From: an uncultured Acidobacteriota bacterium | GTDB taxonomy: Bacteria > Acidobacteriota > Vicinamibacteria > Vicinamibacterales > SCN-69-37 | Assembly (NCBI GenBank): GCA_963752045.1 | Contig: CAVVWN010000007.1 | Location: forward strand, 9,978 to 73,977 | Direction: 5' to 3' | DNA length: 64,000 nucleotides | Shown here: positions 6,773-15,067 of the stretch, piece by piece | Numbering within the stretch: position 1 is the stretch's first letter | How the letters are laid out: every line of letters begins with the position of its first letter | The notes under the pieces: model-generated | Database searches by the model: none | What the model saw: only the letters and a program-made list of their open reading frames with translations | What the model was told of the DNA's origin: nothing | Made by a program: the position numbers and the translations under genes

Positions 6773-9199
6773 ATGGACAACAGGTTTCCTCCCCTCATCG
6801 GTGATCTCCTGCAGGACGCTCGGATTGCGGCACGCTCGTGGCCCAGGCAACCGGCCGTCCTCATCACAGCGCTCGTCACCATGGCGGTCGGCATCGCCGG
6901 CACGGTTGCCATGTTCGGGGTGCTCGACGCCTCGATCATCAGGGCCCTCCCCTATCCCGAGAGCGAACGCCTGGTCCTGGGACGCTCGATCTTCGGCACC
7001 GAGCCAGGCCCGGTGGTGTCGGCGCACGACTTCGAGGACTACCGGGATCGTGTCGAGGGCTTCGAGGCGCTCGGCGCGATCGCCCCGTTCCCGGGTCGTC
7101 TCACGCTGACCGGCCTCGGAGATGCCGAACGGCTCGACCGGATCGTCGTGTCGCACGACTTCTTTCGTGTGCTCTCGGTCGACCCGATCGTGGGCCGCCA
7201 CTTCACGCACGACGAAACCCGACCGGGAGCCGCGCGCGTCCTCATGCTGTCGTACGGCTACTGGCAGCGCCGGTTCGGCGGCGATCCGGGCATCGTCGGC
7301 CGACTGCTGACGCTCAACGGCGTCGCGTACCAAGTGATCGGCGTCATGCCGAGCGAGTTTCGGTTCTATCTGGACACGGACGTCTGGAGTCCGTATCAGC
7401 TGGGCACCGACTTCGCCGCGGGACGCGGCTTCCACAACTTCCTGGTCGTAGGCCGACTCGAGCGCGGCCTGACCCTTCTGCAGGCTCAGGCCCAGGCCAA
7501 TGCCGTCTCGACGGCGCTTCAAGCGGAACACCCGGAGACGAACGAGGACAAAGGGCTGACGTTGACCCCGCTTCGGGAGGCGTTGGCCGAGCCGTACGTC
7601 TCGACGCTCACCGTGCTGGGCGCCGCTGCGGTGCTCATCCTGCTCGTCGCCTGCGCCAATGTCGCCGGCCTGCTGGCGGCCCGCGGCGCGTCGCGACGGG
7701 AGGAAATGGCCGTGCGCTCGGTGATGGGCGCCCCGGGCGGCCGCCTGGTGCGTCAACTTCTGACGGAGAACGCGCTGCTGGCTGGAACGGCCGGCATCCT
7801 CGGCACGCTCCTGGCCCTGTGGATTGAACGCGGCGTGCTCGCGTTCCTGTCGCTCGACCGGCTGGGGGATCTCGACGCGGGACTCTCGGCGCCGACGCTG
7901 GCATTCGCCCTTGCGATCTCGACCGCGACCGTCCTGCTGGCCGGCCTCGCGCCCGCGCGTCGCGCTGCCCGCGTCGACCCGGCCGCAGACCTGCGGTCCG
8001 GGAGGCGCACGGTGGGCGCGCGCGAGGCCACGCGCTTTCGAAGCGCCATGGTGGTGGCCCAGATTGCGCTGACGTCCGTCCTCATCGTCGTCTCCGGCCT
8101 GCTGCTCCGGAGCTTCGTGGAACTGCAGCGCGTCGACCTGGGCTTCGACGCCCGATCGATCCTGACCGCCGAGGTCCAGGTGGCCGGAACCAGCAGCACC
8201 GAGGAACGCATCAGCTTCCCGGTCGCACTCAAGCAGCGCATCGAGGCCGTTCCCGGCGTCGTTTCGGTAGCGATGAGCAGTCATCTCCCCGTGCGCGATC
8301 CGGGAAACACGATGAACGTCGAGCGACGCGATGAGGTCTCGGGCGAGCCGGTGAGTCTCTCGACGTCGCAGCGGCTGGTACTTCCGGGGTACTTCGAGGC
8401 GATGGGCATTCCGCTCCTCTCCGGCCGCGGCATCGAGCCGTCGGACGGCCCGGACACCGAGCGCATCATCGTGTTGAGTGAGAGCACGGCGCGGCGGCTC
8501 TTCGGAACCGAGGAGCCGGTCGGAGGACTCGTCGACGCCCCGGCGCAGAACGGGCGCCTCGCCCCACACCGCGTCGTGGGCACCGTCGGCGACGTCGTCC
8601 TGGGCGATCCGGCGAACGGCCCCAACATCGCGATGTACCAGGCGCACGCCCAGATCCCGCGAACACGGCTGCGGCTGGGCATCCGCGTGGCCGACGGCGC
8701 GGCGGTGATCGACCCGATTCGAGCCATCCTGCGCGAGCTCGACCCCGACGTGCCGCTCGACGACGTGCGATGGATGGATGCGGTGATCGCAGGTTCGCTC
8801 TACGACCAGAAGACGGTCACGGCCGTGCTCGCGGTGTTCGCCGCAACCGCGCTCGTACTCGCAGCCGTCGGGCTCTACGGGCTTCTCACGTTCCAGGTCT
8901 CGGTACGACGTGCCGAGATCGGCATACGGATGGCGCTCGGAGCGTCACGCGCGGGAATCACCGGGCACGTGCTTCGAGGCGGCCTCGCGCTTGTGGCCGG
9001 CGGGCTCGTCCTGGGCGGCATGCTCGCGCTCATCGCTGGAAGGCTGATGACGGGAATGCTGTTCGGCGTGACCGGGTACGACCCGATCACGTATGTGGGC
9101 CTGGCTGCCGTTCTCGGTCTGGTCGGCACCGTCGCGTGCGTGCTGCCGGCCCGCCGGGCGACCGCCATCAACCCGGTGGACGCCATGCGGACCGACTGA
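6773..9199 (+). CDS. ADOP-family duplicated FtsX/MacB-type ABC permease (acidobacterial duplicated orphan permease)
   Basis: 808 aa. The N-terminus DLLQDARIAARSWPRQPAVLITALVTMAVGIAGTVAMFGVLDASIIRALPYPESERLVL is the classic ADOP opening. Two TM-periplasmic domain-FtsX units are present, and the C-terminus ends ARRATAINPVDAMRTD. Confidence 0.82.
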   Translation: MDNRFPPLIGDLLQDARIAARSWPRQPAVLITALVTMAVGIAGTVAMFGVLDASIIRALPYPESERLVLGRSIFGTEPGPVVSAHDFEDYRDRVEGFEALGAIAPFPGRLTLTGLGDAERLDRIVVSHDFFRVLSVDPIVGRHFTHDETRPGAARVLMLSYGYWQRRFGGDPGIVGRLLTLNGVAYQVIGVMPSEFRFYLDTDVWSPYQLGTDFAAGRGFHNFLVVGRLERGLTLLQAQAQANAVSTALQAEHPETNEDKGLTLTPLREALAEPYVSTLTVLGAAAVLILLVACANVAGLLAARGASRREEMAVRSVMGAPGGRLVRQLLTENALLAGTAGILGTLLALWIERGVLAFLSLDRLGDLDAGLSAPTLAFALAISTATVLLAGLAPARRAARVDPAADLRSGRRTVGAREATRFRSAMVVAQIALTSVLIVVSGLLLRSFVELQRVDLGFDARSILTAEVQVAGTSSTEERISFPVALKQRIEAVPGVVSVAMSSHLPVRDPGNTMNVERRDEVSGEPVSLSTSQRLVLPGYFEAMGIPLLSGRGIEPSDGPDTERIIVLSESTARRLFGTEEPVGGLVDAPAQNGRLAPHRVVGTVGDVVLGDPANGPNIAMYQAHAQIPRTRLRLGIRVADGAAVIDPIRAILRELDPDVPLDDVRWMDAVIAGSLYDQKTVTAVLAVFAATALVLAAVGLYGLLTFQVSVRRAEIGIRMALGASRAGITGHVLRGGLALVAGGLVLGGMLALIAGRLMTGMLFGVTGYDPITYVGLAAVLGLVGTVACVLPARRATAINPVDAMRTD

Positions 9200-9264
9200 C
9201 GATCCACCACCGGAACCGCCTCAGGGCCCGGTGAGCCGGTGCCACCACGGCGCGTCTGTCAGGC

Positions 9265-9558
9265 TCACGGCAGGCCGAGCCTCGTCTGCTCGCTGACGTA
9301 GATGGCGACGAGCGCGGCGCTGACCCAGAGCACCAGCTGCAGGAAGAACCGGGCGACCGGCCCGAACCGCGCCTTCCACTGCTGCTCGACCGCCACCACC
9401 CAGATGCTGCCGGCCACGCCCCACCCGATGATGCGCGCCACCTCGATCGACACCCATCGCACGAGCACGTCCGGGACGACCACCAGAATCACGGTCATGA
9501 GGATCCAGACGACGACGTTCGTGACGACGAAGACGGCGCGCGAGGTCCGTTCGGCCAT
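9265..9558 (-). CDS. Small integral membrane protein (3 predicted TM helices), unknown function
   Basis: 97 aa, strongly hydrophobic (AVFVVTNVVVWILMTVILVVV, IIGWGVAGSIWVVAV, FFLQLVLWVSAALVAIYV). The frame is clean and no family was recognised. Confidence 0.5.
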   Translation of the reverse strand: MAERTSRAVFVVTNVVVWILMTVILVVVPDVLVRWVSIEVARIIGWGVAGSIWVVAVEQQWKARFGPVARFFLQLVLWVSAALVAIYVSEQTRLGLP

Positions 9559-9590
9559 GTCGGCTCGGGTTCCTTATAGCAGACAACCCG

Positions 9591-9596
9591 TATAAT
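9591..9596 (+). promoter_or_regulatory. Consensus -10 hexamer TATAAT, 6 nt before the GTG start of the ExeA-like gene (leaderless-type arrangement)
   Basis: Read directly: CCCGTATAATCGCTCCGTGGAT. The hexamer ends at 9596 and the GTG lies at 9603. Confidence 0.35.
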
Positions 9597-9602
9597 CGCT
9601 CC

Positions 9603-10787
9603 GTGGATCCGCAGGCCCCCTCCAGGCCACACATCAACCCGATCTACGAGACCTACTACGGTCTCACCGAGCAGCCGTTTGCCATTTCGACCGATCCCCG
9701 CTTCCTGTACATGAGCACGTCGCACGCGCGGGCCTTCGAGGACCTCGTGGCCGGTCTGCGCCGCGACGAGGGCCTGGTGCTGCTCACGGGCGAGGCCGGC
9801 ACGGGCAAGACGACGCTCTGCCGTGCGGTCATCAGCGCGCTCGGCGAGCGCACCTTCTCGTGCATCGTGCTCAACCCGTACATGACGGGCGCGGAACTGC
9901 TCAAGGTGGTGCTGCGCGACTTCGGCCTGGTGTCGCGCGACGAGCTTCGCAGCGGCGCGCTCGCGCGCGCCGATGCCGTTCAGCTCATGGACACGCTCGA
10001 AGGCTTCCTGCTCACCGTGCGCTCGGTCGACTCGCGGGCGATTCTGGTGGTGGACGAAGCGCAGAGCCTCGCGCCGGCCGTCCTCGACCAGGTGCGCCTC
10101 CTGACGGCGCTCGAGCGCAACGGGCGGCGGCTCATCCAGGTGGTGCTCGGCGCGCAGCCGGCCATCCTCCAGACACTGAAGAAAGACTCGATGTACGCGC
10201 TGAACGAGCGCATCTCGCGCCGCGTCTTCCTCGCGCCGCTCAGCGGCAGCGAGATCAAGGCCTACATCGAGCATCGGCTGGAGGTCGCCGGCGGCAGGAA
10301 CAAGGTGACGTTCACGCCGGAGGCGGTGGCCGTCGTCACGGCCCTCGCCCGGGGGCTGCCGCGGCGCGTGAACCTGCTCTGCGACCGCGCGCTTCAGGTT
10401 GGTCTTGCCGAGCGCGTGAACGTCATCGGGCCGGAGCTTGTGAGCCGGGCGGCACAGTCGATGTCGGGCGGCGCCGGCTCCGGCGCCGCGCCGCCGGCCA
10501 GCCAGCGGCCCGACGAAGAGCCGGTCATCGTCACCACACTGCCGGAGCGCTCGTCGGCGCGCCGGCGGCGCCGGCTGCTCGTGGCCGCGGCCGGCACGTC
10601 GATGCTCCTCGCGGCCGGCGGCCTCGCCTACGGGTACTACGCGCGCGAGACGCTCGCCGCCGACCCGGGCGTGCCCGCCGCCCCGGCGGCGCCGCCGATC
10701 GAGATTGGCCGGCCCGCACCGATGCCAAGGCCGCCGAGCCAGGCTGACCTGGACGAGTGGCTGAAGTTGATGTCGATCGGGGGATGA
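9603..10787 (+). CDS. ExeA/GspA-like AAA ATPase with C-terminal TM segment and proline-rich tail
   Basis: YETYYGLTEQPFAISTDPRFLYMSTSHARAFEDLVAGLRRDEGLVLLTGEAGTGKTTLCR (Walker A), ILVVDEAQSL (Walker B), then RRRRRLLVAAAGTSMLLAAGGLAYGYY (TM). Confidence 0.75.
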   Translation: MDPQAPSRPHINPIYETYYGLTEQPFAISTDPRFLYMSTSHARAFEDLVAGLRRDEGLVLLTGEAGTGKTTLCRAVISALGERTFSCIVLNPYMTGAELLKVVLRDFGLVSRDELRSGALARADAVQLMDTLEGFLLTVRSVDSRAILVVDEAQSLAPAVLDQVRLLTALERNGRRLIQVVLGAQPAILQTLKKDSMYALNERISRRVFLAPLSGSEIKAYIEHRLEVAGGRNKVTFTPEAVAVVTALARGLPRRVNLLCDRALQVGLAERVNVIGPELVSRAAQSMSGGAGSGAAPPASQRPDEEPVIVTTLPERSSARRRRRLLVAAAGTSMLLAAGGLAYGYYARETLAADPGVPAAPAAPPIEIGRPAPMPRPPSQADLDEWLKLMSIGG

Positions 10788-10797
10788 CGGCCGGCGG

Positions 10798-11658
10798 CTA
10801 CCTGGCTGCCCGCTTCTTTGCCACGGCCTTCCCGGCCGCCCGCGCCGGCTTCGACGCCACCTTGGCGGCGCGCTTCTTGTTGACCGACACGCGCTCGAGG
10901 CTCTGGCGAAGCGCCTCCATGAGATTGACGACCTTCGGCGGCGCCTCTTCCGCTGTGGCCACGATCTCTTCGCCGGCCACCTTCGCGTCGATGATCCGCC
11001 GAAGCTCGTTCTGATAGTCGTCCTGGTACTGCGTCAGGTCTCCGCCGGTCTCGAAGTTGCCGATGACCTGTTTCGCCAGCTTGATCTCGTCGGGCTTGAT
11101 CTTCGCGGGCACGGTCTTCAGCTCGTCGATGGCGCTCATCGCACGTACTTCGCTCGCGTGGCGCATCGTGTACATCACCAGGCCGTTCTCGCGCGGCTGG
11201 ATGGCCACGAGGTACTCGCGGCCGTAGAGCGCCAGCTTGCCCACGGCGGCCTTGCCGGCCATGCCTTCCCGCATGACGGCGAACGCCTCGGCCGCCACCT
11301 GCCCGTCCGGCGCCAGGTAGTAGGGCCGCTCGACGTAGACCGGGTCGATCACCGCGGCATCGGCAAACTGCACGATGTTGATGACACGCGTCGATTCGGG
11401 CTTCACCTTCGCGAGGTCGTCCTCGTCGATGACGACGTACTTGCCCTTCTCGACCTCGTAGCCTTTCACCAGGTCGGTGTTGGGCACCTCGGTCTCGCAG
11501 GTCGGACACCATCGCTTCTGCTGAATGCGGGTCCGGCACTCGCGGTGCAGCTGGTTGAAGCTCACCGTCGCCTTCGCGTCCGTGGCTGGGAAGACTCGGA
11601 CGGGAATGTTGACGAGACTGATCTTGAGATAGCCCTTCCAGGTCGGTCGAGCGGCCAT
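10798..11658 (-). CDS. ku: Ku protein (non-homologous end joining)
   Basis: Start MAARPTWKGYLKISLVNIPVRVFPAT (ATG at 11658-11656), then KGYEVEKGKYVVIDEDDL, YYLAPD, and a basic Lys/Ala-rich C-terminal tail. The 45 extra N-terminal codons in the ORF track fall in the repeat array. Confidence 0.9.
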   Translation of the reverse strand: MAARPTWKGYLKISLVNIPVRVFPATDAKATVSFNQLHRECRTRIQQKRWCPTCETEVPNTDLVKGYEVEKGKYVVIDEDDLAKVKPESTRVINIVQFADAAVIDPVYVERPYYLAPDGQVAAEAFAVMREGMAGKAAVGKLALYGREYLVAIQPRENGLVMYTMRHASEVRAMSAIDELKTVPAKIKPDEIKLAKQVIGNFETGGDLTQYQDDYQNELRRIIDAKVAGEEIVATAEEAPPKVVNLMEALRQSLERVSVNKKRAAKVASKPARAAGKAVAKKRAAR

Positions 11659-11749
11659 GTGCTGTTCGGCTCCTGTCAAAGGGTCATTATCGGTCCGGAC
11701 GCGCCGAAAGTGTAATTGCACACTTTGGCACACAAGGGGGAGGCGATCA

Positions 11750-11791
11750 GGTACGACGGGTACGACAGGGTACGACGGGTACGACAGGTAC
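11750..11791. repeat. Tandem array of GTACGAC-core 9/10-mers (GGTACGACG/GGTACGACAG x4)
   Basis: Read directly: GGTACGACGGGTACGACAGGGTACGACGGGTACGACAGGTAC. It is the inverted partner of the array at 11958-12020. Confidence 0.8.
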
Positions 11792-11957
11792 AAGGGAAGA
11801 GCTGCCGCTGGCCCGCATCGATTGGATGCCGGTCAGTGTCGATTCCTGGCTCGGCATGCGTCCGCGCAACGCCGGCGCTTGCGCACCAGGCGATGCCCGC
11901 ATGCAGTCCGCGTTGGTCAGACCAGTCCAGAATCGACAACGCGCGCCTTTTCGTTCC

Positions 11958-12020
11958 GGGTACCTGTCGTACCTGTCGTACCCTGTCGTACCTGTCGTAC
12001 CCGTCGTACCCGTCGTACCT
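11958..12020. repeat. Tandem array of GTCGTAC-core 9/10-mers (x6-7), reverse complement of the array at 11750-11791
   Basis: Read directly: GGTACCTGTCGTACCTGTCGTACCCTGTCGTACCTGTCGTACCCGTCGTACCCGTCGTACC. It ends 15 nt before the ligD ATG. Confidence 0.8.
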
Positions 12021-12023
12021 GAT

Positions 12024-12029
12024 TACAAT
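12024..12029 (+). promoter_or_regulatory. -10-like hexamer TACAAT, 5 nt before the ligD ATG (leaderless-type arrangement)
   Basis: Read directly: CCTGATTACAATCCCCCATGCCC. No Shine-Dalgarno sequence is visible. Confidence 0.3.
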
Positions 12030-12034
12030 CCCCC

Positions 12035-14161
12035 ATGCCCCGTTGGCGCGACGACCCGGCGAAGGTGAGGCCCATGCTGGCATCGCTCGACGACCCGCCG
12101 GTCGTCAAGCGCGGGCTCGTCTACGAACCGAAGTACGACGGCGTGCGGGCGCTTGCGGACCTCCGCCCGCCCGAGAAGCGGGGACAGCCGCCGCACGTGG
12201 CCCTCTACTCGCGTAACGGCCACGACAAGCGGCGCCAGTTCCCGGCTATTGCCGAGGCGCTCGGCACGCTCGTCACGAAGATCGGACGGCCGATCCTCGC
12301 CGATGCGGAGATCGTGGCCGTCGACCCAAAAGGCCGGCCGCTCGGCTTCGGCAAGCTCCAGGGTCGCATTCATCTCACCGCCGAAACCGACATCGCGCGC
12401 GCCGAACGCGACCAGCCGGCGGCCATCGTGATCTTCGACCTGCTGCGCGACGGCGACGAAGACCTGCGCGCCCTGCCACTCGCGGCGCGCCGCCTCCATT
12501 TGCAGAAAGTCGTCAAGCCGAAGGGCGCCCTGGCCCGGTTGATCCGGCTCAGCGAAGTCGAGGCCGACGACGGCCGGCCGATGCTCCGGCGGGCGGAGAA
12601 GGAAGGCTGGGAAGGCCTCATCGTCAAGGACGGCCACAGCGTGTACCAGAGCGGACGCCGCACGCCGGCCTGGCGCAAGCTCAAGCTCACCGGCCAGCAG
12701 GAGCTCGTCGTCGTCGGCTGGACCAATCCCCAGGGCAGCCGGCATCACTTCGGCGCCCTGCTCGTCGCCGTTCACGAAGACGGCGCGCTGCGGTACGCGG
12801 GCAGCGTCGGCACCGGTTTCGACGAGCGCGAGCTGGAACGGGTGGCGAAGCTGCTCGCGAAGCGCGCGCGCACGTCGTCGCCGCTCGCCGACACGCCCAG
12901 GTCGCTCTCGGCCGCGCACTGGGTGGAGCCGTCGCTTGTGGCTGAAGTGCGATTCACCGAGTGGACGAGCGACGGCATGCTGCGTCACCCGGTGTACCTG
13001 GGTCTGCGCGACGACAAGCCCGCGGGGAAGGTCGTGAGGGAGCGGCGAAGGTCCGAAGGTCCGAAGGTCCGGAGGTCCGAAGGTCCGAAGGTCCGGAGGT
13101 CCGAAGGTCCGAAGGTCCGGAGGTCCGGCGGTCCGAAGGTTCGGGGTCCGGGCGGCCGAGAGTCCGGTCACGGGACAGTCACCGGTGACGCCGGTGTCGT
13201 CGAGCAGTTGCTGGCGCTCGAGGACGCGCGCAAGGACGGCGACGTCCTGCTGCCGAATGGCGACCGCCTTCGCGTGACGAATCTCGGCAAGGTGTTCTGG
13301 CCGGCGCTCGGCATCACGAAGGGCGAGCTGCTCCGCTACTACGCGGAGGTGGCGCCGCTCGTCCTGCCGGCCGTCGACGACCGGCCGCTCGTGATGAAGC
13401 GCTTTCCGAACGGCGTGGACAAGAAGGCCTTCTACCAGCAGCGGCATCCAGATCCCGTCCCGGCCGGCGTGAGACGCGAGCGGCTCGCCGAAGACGTCGA
13501 CCCCATCGACGAGGCCGAGGGCGGACGCGAGCGGCTGATTGGCGGCTCGCTCACGACCCTGCTCTACATGACGCAGCTGGCCGCCATCTCGCAGGATCCG
13601 TGGTTCTCCAGGGTGTCCGATCCGCTGGCGCAGGACTACACGGCCATCGATCTCGACCCGGGCGACGGCACCACGTTCGCCCACGTGCTCGACGTCGCGC
13701 GATGGGTGAAAGACGAACTGGACCGGTTCGGCATCCCTGGCGTGCCCAAGACGTCCGGGTCGCGGGGCCTGCACATCTACATTCCGCTTCCGCCGGGCAC
13801 CGGCTACGATGTCGGCCAGTTGCTCGCCCAGATTGTCGCCACGATCGTGTCGAGCGCGCATCCGAAGGTGGCGACGATCGAGCGCATGGTGCGGCGCCGG
13901 CCGAAGGGCACGGTGTATGTGGACTATCTGCAGAACATCCTCGGCAAGACACTCGCCACCGCCTATTCGGCCAGGGCCAGCGACTATGCCGGCGTGTCGA
14001 CGCCACTCACGTGGGACGAAGTGGCCGATGGCATCGACCCGCGGGACTTCACGATACGGTCGGCGCCGCAGCGGTTCCGCGAGGTGGGCGACCTGTGGGC
14101 GCCCCTGCGCTCGGGCGCGCCCGTGAACCTCTCGCGCGTGCTGCGCACGCATCTCCGATGA
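12035..14161 (+). CDS. ligD: ATP-dependent DNA ligase LigD, ligase domain + polymerase/primase domain (no phosphoesterase domain)
   Basis: 708 aa. The N-terminal ligase domain carries the adenylation motif EPKYDGVRA and WEGLIVKD, RTPAWRKLK. The C-terminal LigD polymerase domain carries VTNLGKVFWPALGITKGELLRYYAEVAPLVLPAVDDRPLVMKRFPNGV and SGSRGLHIYIPL. A repeat-encoded linker lies between them. Confidence 0.9.
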   Translation: MPRWRDDPAKVRPMLASLDDPPVVKRGLVYEPKYDGVRALADLRPPEKRGQPPHVALYSRNGHDKRRQFPAIAEALGTLVTKIGRPILADAEIVAVDPKGRPLGFGKLQGRIHLTAETDIARAERDQPAAIVIFDLLRDGDEDLRALPLAARRLHLQKVVKPKGALARLIRLSEVEADDGRPMLRRAEKEGWEGLIVKDGHSVYQSGRRTPAWRKLKLTGQQELVVVGWTNPQGSRHHFGALLVAVHEDGALRYAGSVGTGFDERELERVAKLLAKRARTSSPLADTPRSLSAAHWVEPSLVAEVRFTEWTSDGMLRHPVYLGLRDDKPAGKVVRERRRSEGPKVRRSEGPKVRRSEGPKVRRSGGPKVRGPGGRESGHGTVTGDAGVVEQLLALEDARKDGDVLLPNGDRLRVTNLGKVFWPALGITKGELLRYYAEVAPLVLPAVDDRPLVMKRFPNGVDKKAFYQQRHPDPVPAGVRRERLAEDVDPIDEAEGGRERLIGGSLTTLLYMTQLAAISQDPWFSRVSDPLAQDYTAIDLDPGDGTTFAHVLDVARWVKDELDRFGIPGVPKTSGSRGLHIYIPLPPGTGYDVGQLLAQIVATIVSSAHPKVATIERMVRRRPKGTVYVDYLQNILGKTLATAYSARASDYAGVSTPLTWDEVADGIDPRDFTIRSAPQRFREVGDLWAPLRSGAPVNLSRVLRTHLR
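13047..13150 (+). repeat. In-frame tandem repeat (8-mer GGTCCGAA/GGTCCGGA; 24-nt supra-unit x3 plus degenerate copies) inside the ligD linker
   Basis: GAAGGTCCGAAGGTCCGAAGGTCCGGAGGTCCGAAGGTCCGAAGGTCCGGAGG... encodes (RRSEGPKV)x3-RRSGGPKVRGPGG. It is followed by the 12-nt perfect palindrome GTCACCGGTGAC. Confidence 0.85.
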
Positions 14162-15060
14162 CGGACAGCCACACGCGATTCGCACCGGCACCGACCGGAT
14201 ACCTGCACCTGGGCCACGTGGCCAACGCGATCTTCGTGTGGGGCCTCGCCCGAACGCGCGGCGCGCGCGTCATCCTGCGCGTCGAAGACCACGACCGTCA
14301 GCGTTCGCGCCCGGTCTACGAACACGCCCTCCTGGAGGACCTCGACTGGCTCGGGTTCGTCCCGGACGTCTTCCCCACCGCTGATTTCCGCGCTGGTTCG
14401 TGCGATGGCCGCCAGAGCAATCGGCACGCGCACTACGAAGCCGCCGCACGCCGGCTTGCCGAGGCCGGTCGGCTCTACGGGTGCGGCTGTTCGCGCCAGG
14501 ACCTCGGGGCCGCAACGCCGGATACGACCGGCGAGCGCCGCTATCCAGGTACCTGCAGAGATCGCGGCATCGGTCTCGGGCCCGACGTGGCGTGGCGAGT
14601 CCGGATCGAGCCGGGAACCGAATCGTTCGACGATCTTCTGGCCGGCCCGCAAACCCAGGATCCCGATGGCCAGTGCGGCGACGTCGTCATCCGCGACCGA
14701 CTGGGCAACTGGACCTACCAGTTCGTCGCGAGTGTCGACGACTGGCTGATGGGCGTGGACCTGGTGGTGCGCGGCCGGGATCTGCTGCCATCGACCGGCC
14801 GGCAGATGCGGCTCGCCCGCCTGGCAGGCCGATCTCAGCCGCCGGCCTTCGCGCATCATCCGCTGATCATGAAGTCCTCCGGGCAGAAGCTGAGCAAGTC
14901 GGATCGTGACACCGGCGTCCGCGACCTTCGCTCGAGCGGCTGGACCGCCGCGAGCGTCATCGGCGAAGCCGCCTGGCGCGTGGGCCTCATCCCGGCCGTC
15001 CGGGACGTGGAGGCGGCCGAGGTGTCGGCGTTCTTTCTGGCGGCTTCCAGTTCTCTGTAG
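14158..15060 (+). CDS. gluQ: Glutamyl-Q tRNA(Asp) synthetase (truncated GluRS paralog)
   Basis: 300 aa: RFAPAPTGYLHLGH (HIGH-type), ILRVEDHD, Zn-site-like CGCSRQD...YPGTCR, KLSKS. There is no anticodon-binding domain. The ATG overlaps the ligD stop (ATGA at 14158-14161). Confidence 0.85.
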   Translation: MTDSHTRFAPAPTGYLHLGHVANAIFVWGLARTRGARVILRVEDHDRQRSRPVYEHALLEDLDWLGFVPDVFPTADFRAGSCDGRQSNRHAHYEAAARRLAEAGRLYGCGCSRQDLGAATPDTTGERRYPGTCRDRGIGLGPDVAWRVRIEPGTESFDDLLAGPQTQDPDGQCGDVVIRDRLGNWTYQFVASVDDWLMGVDLVVRGRDLLPSTGRQMRLARLAGRSQPPAFAHHPLIMKSSGQKLSKSDRDTGVRDLRSSGWTAASVIGEAAWRVGLIPAVRDVEAAEVSAFFLAASSSL

Positions 15061-15067
15061 CGGCCCG

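Noticed and set aside
6680-8647. 655-aa minus-strand ORF opposite the ADOP permease
   Set aside because: No motifs and an arginine-rich shadow composition. The forward frame has the full ADOP/FtsX architecture.
10798-11793. Using the ORF-track start (11793) for Ku
   Set aside because: The first 45 codons translate the GTACGAC repeat array (YLSYPSYPVVPVV...). The conserved Ku N-terminus begins at the ATG at 11658.
13047-13150. Possibility that the tandem arrays (here and at 59208-59275, 60277-60335, 11750-12020) are CRISPR arrays
   Set aside because: The repeat units are only 7-10 nt and directly abut each other without spacers. No cas genes are present. One array is inside a coding region.
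12023-14191. 722-aa minus-strand ORF opposite ligD
   Set aside because: The forward frame contains the ligase adenylation motif and the LigD polymerase blocks. The reverse frame stays open only because of GC bias and reads the 8-mer array as (PPDLRTFG)n.
14158-15060. Calling this gene a full glutamyl-tRNA synthetase (gltX)
   Set aside because: It is only 300 aa and lacks the anticodon-binding domain. The catalytic core with the Zn-site pattern fits the GluQ paralog instead.
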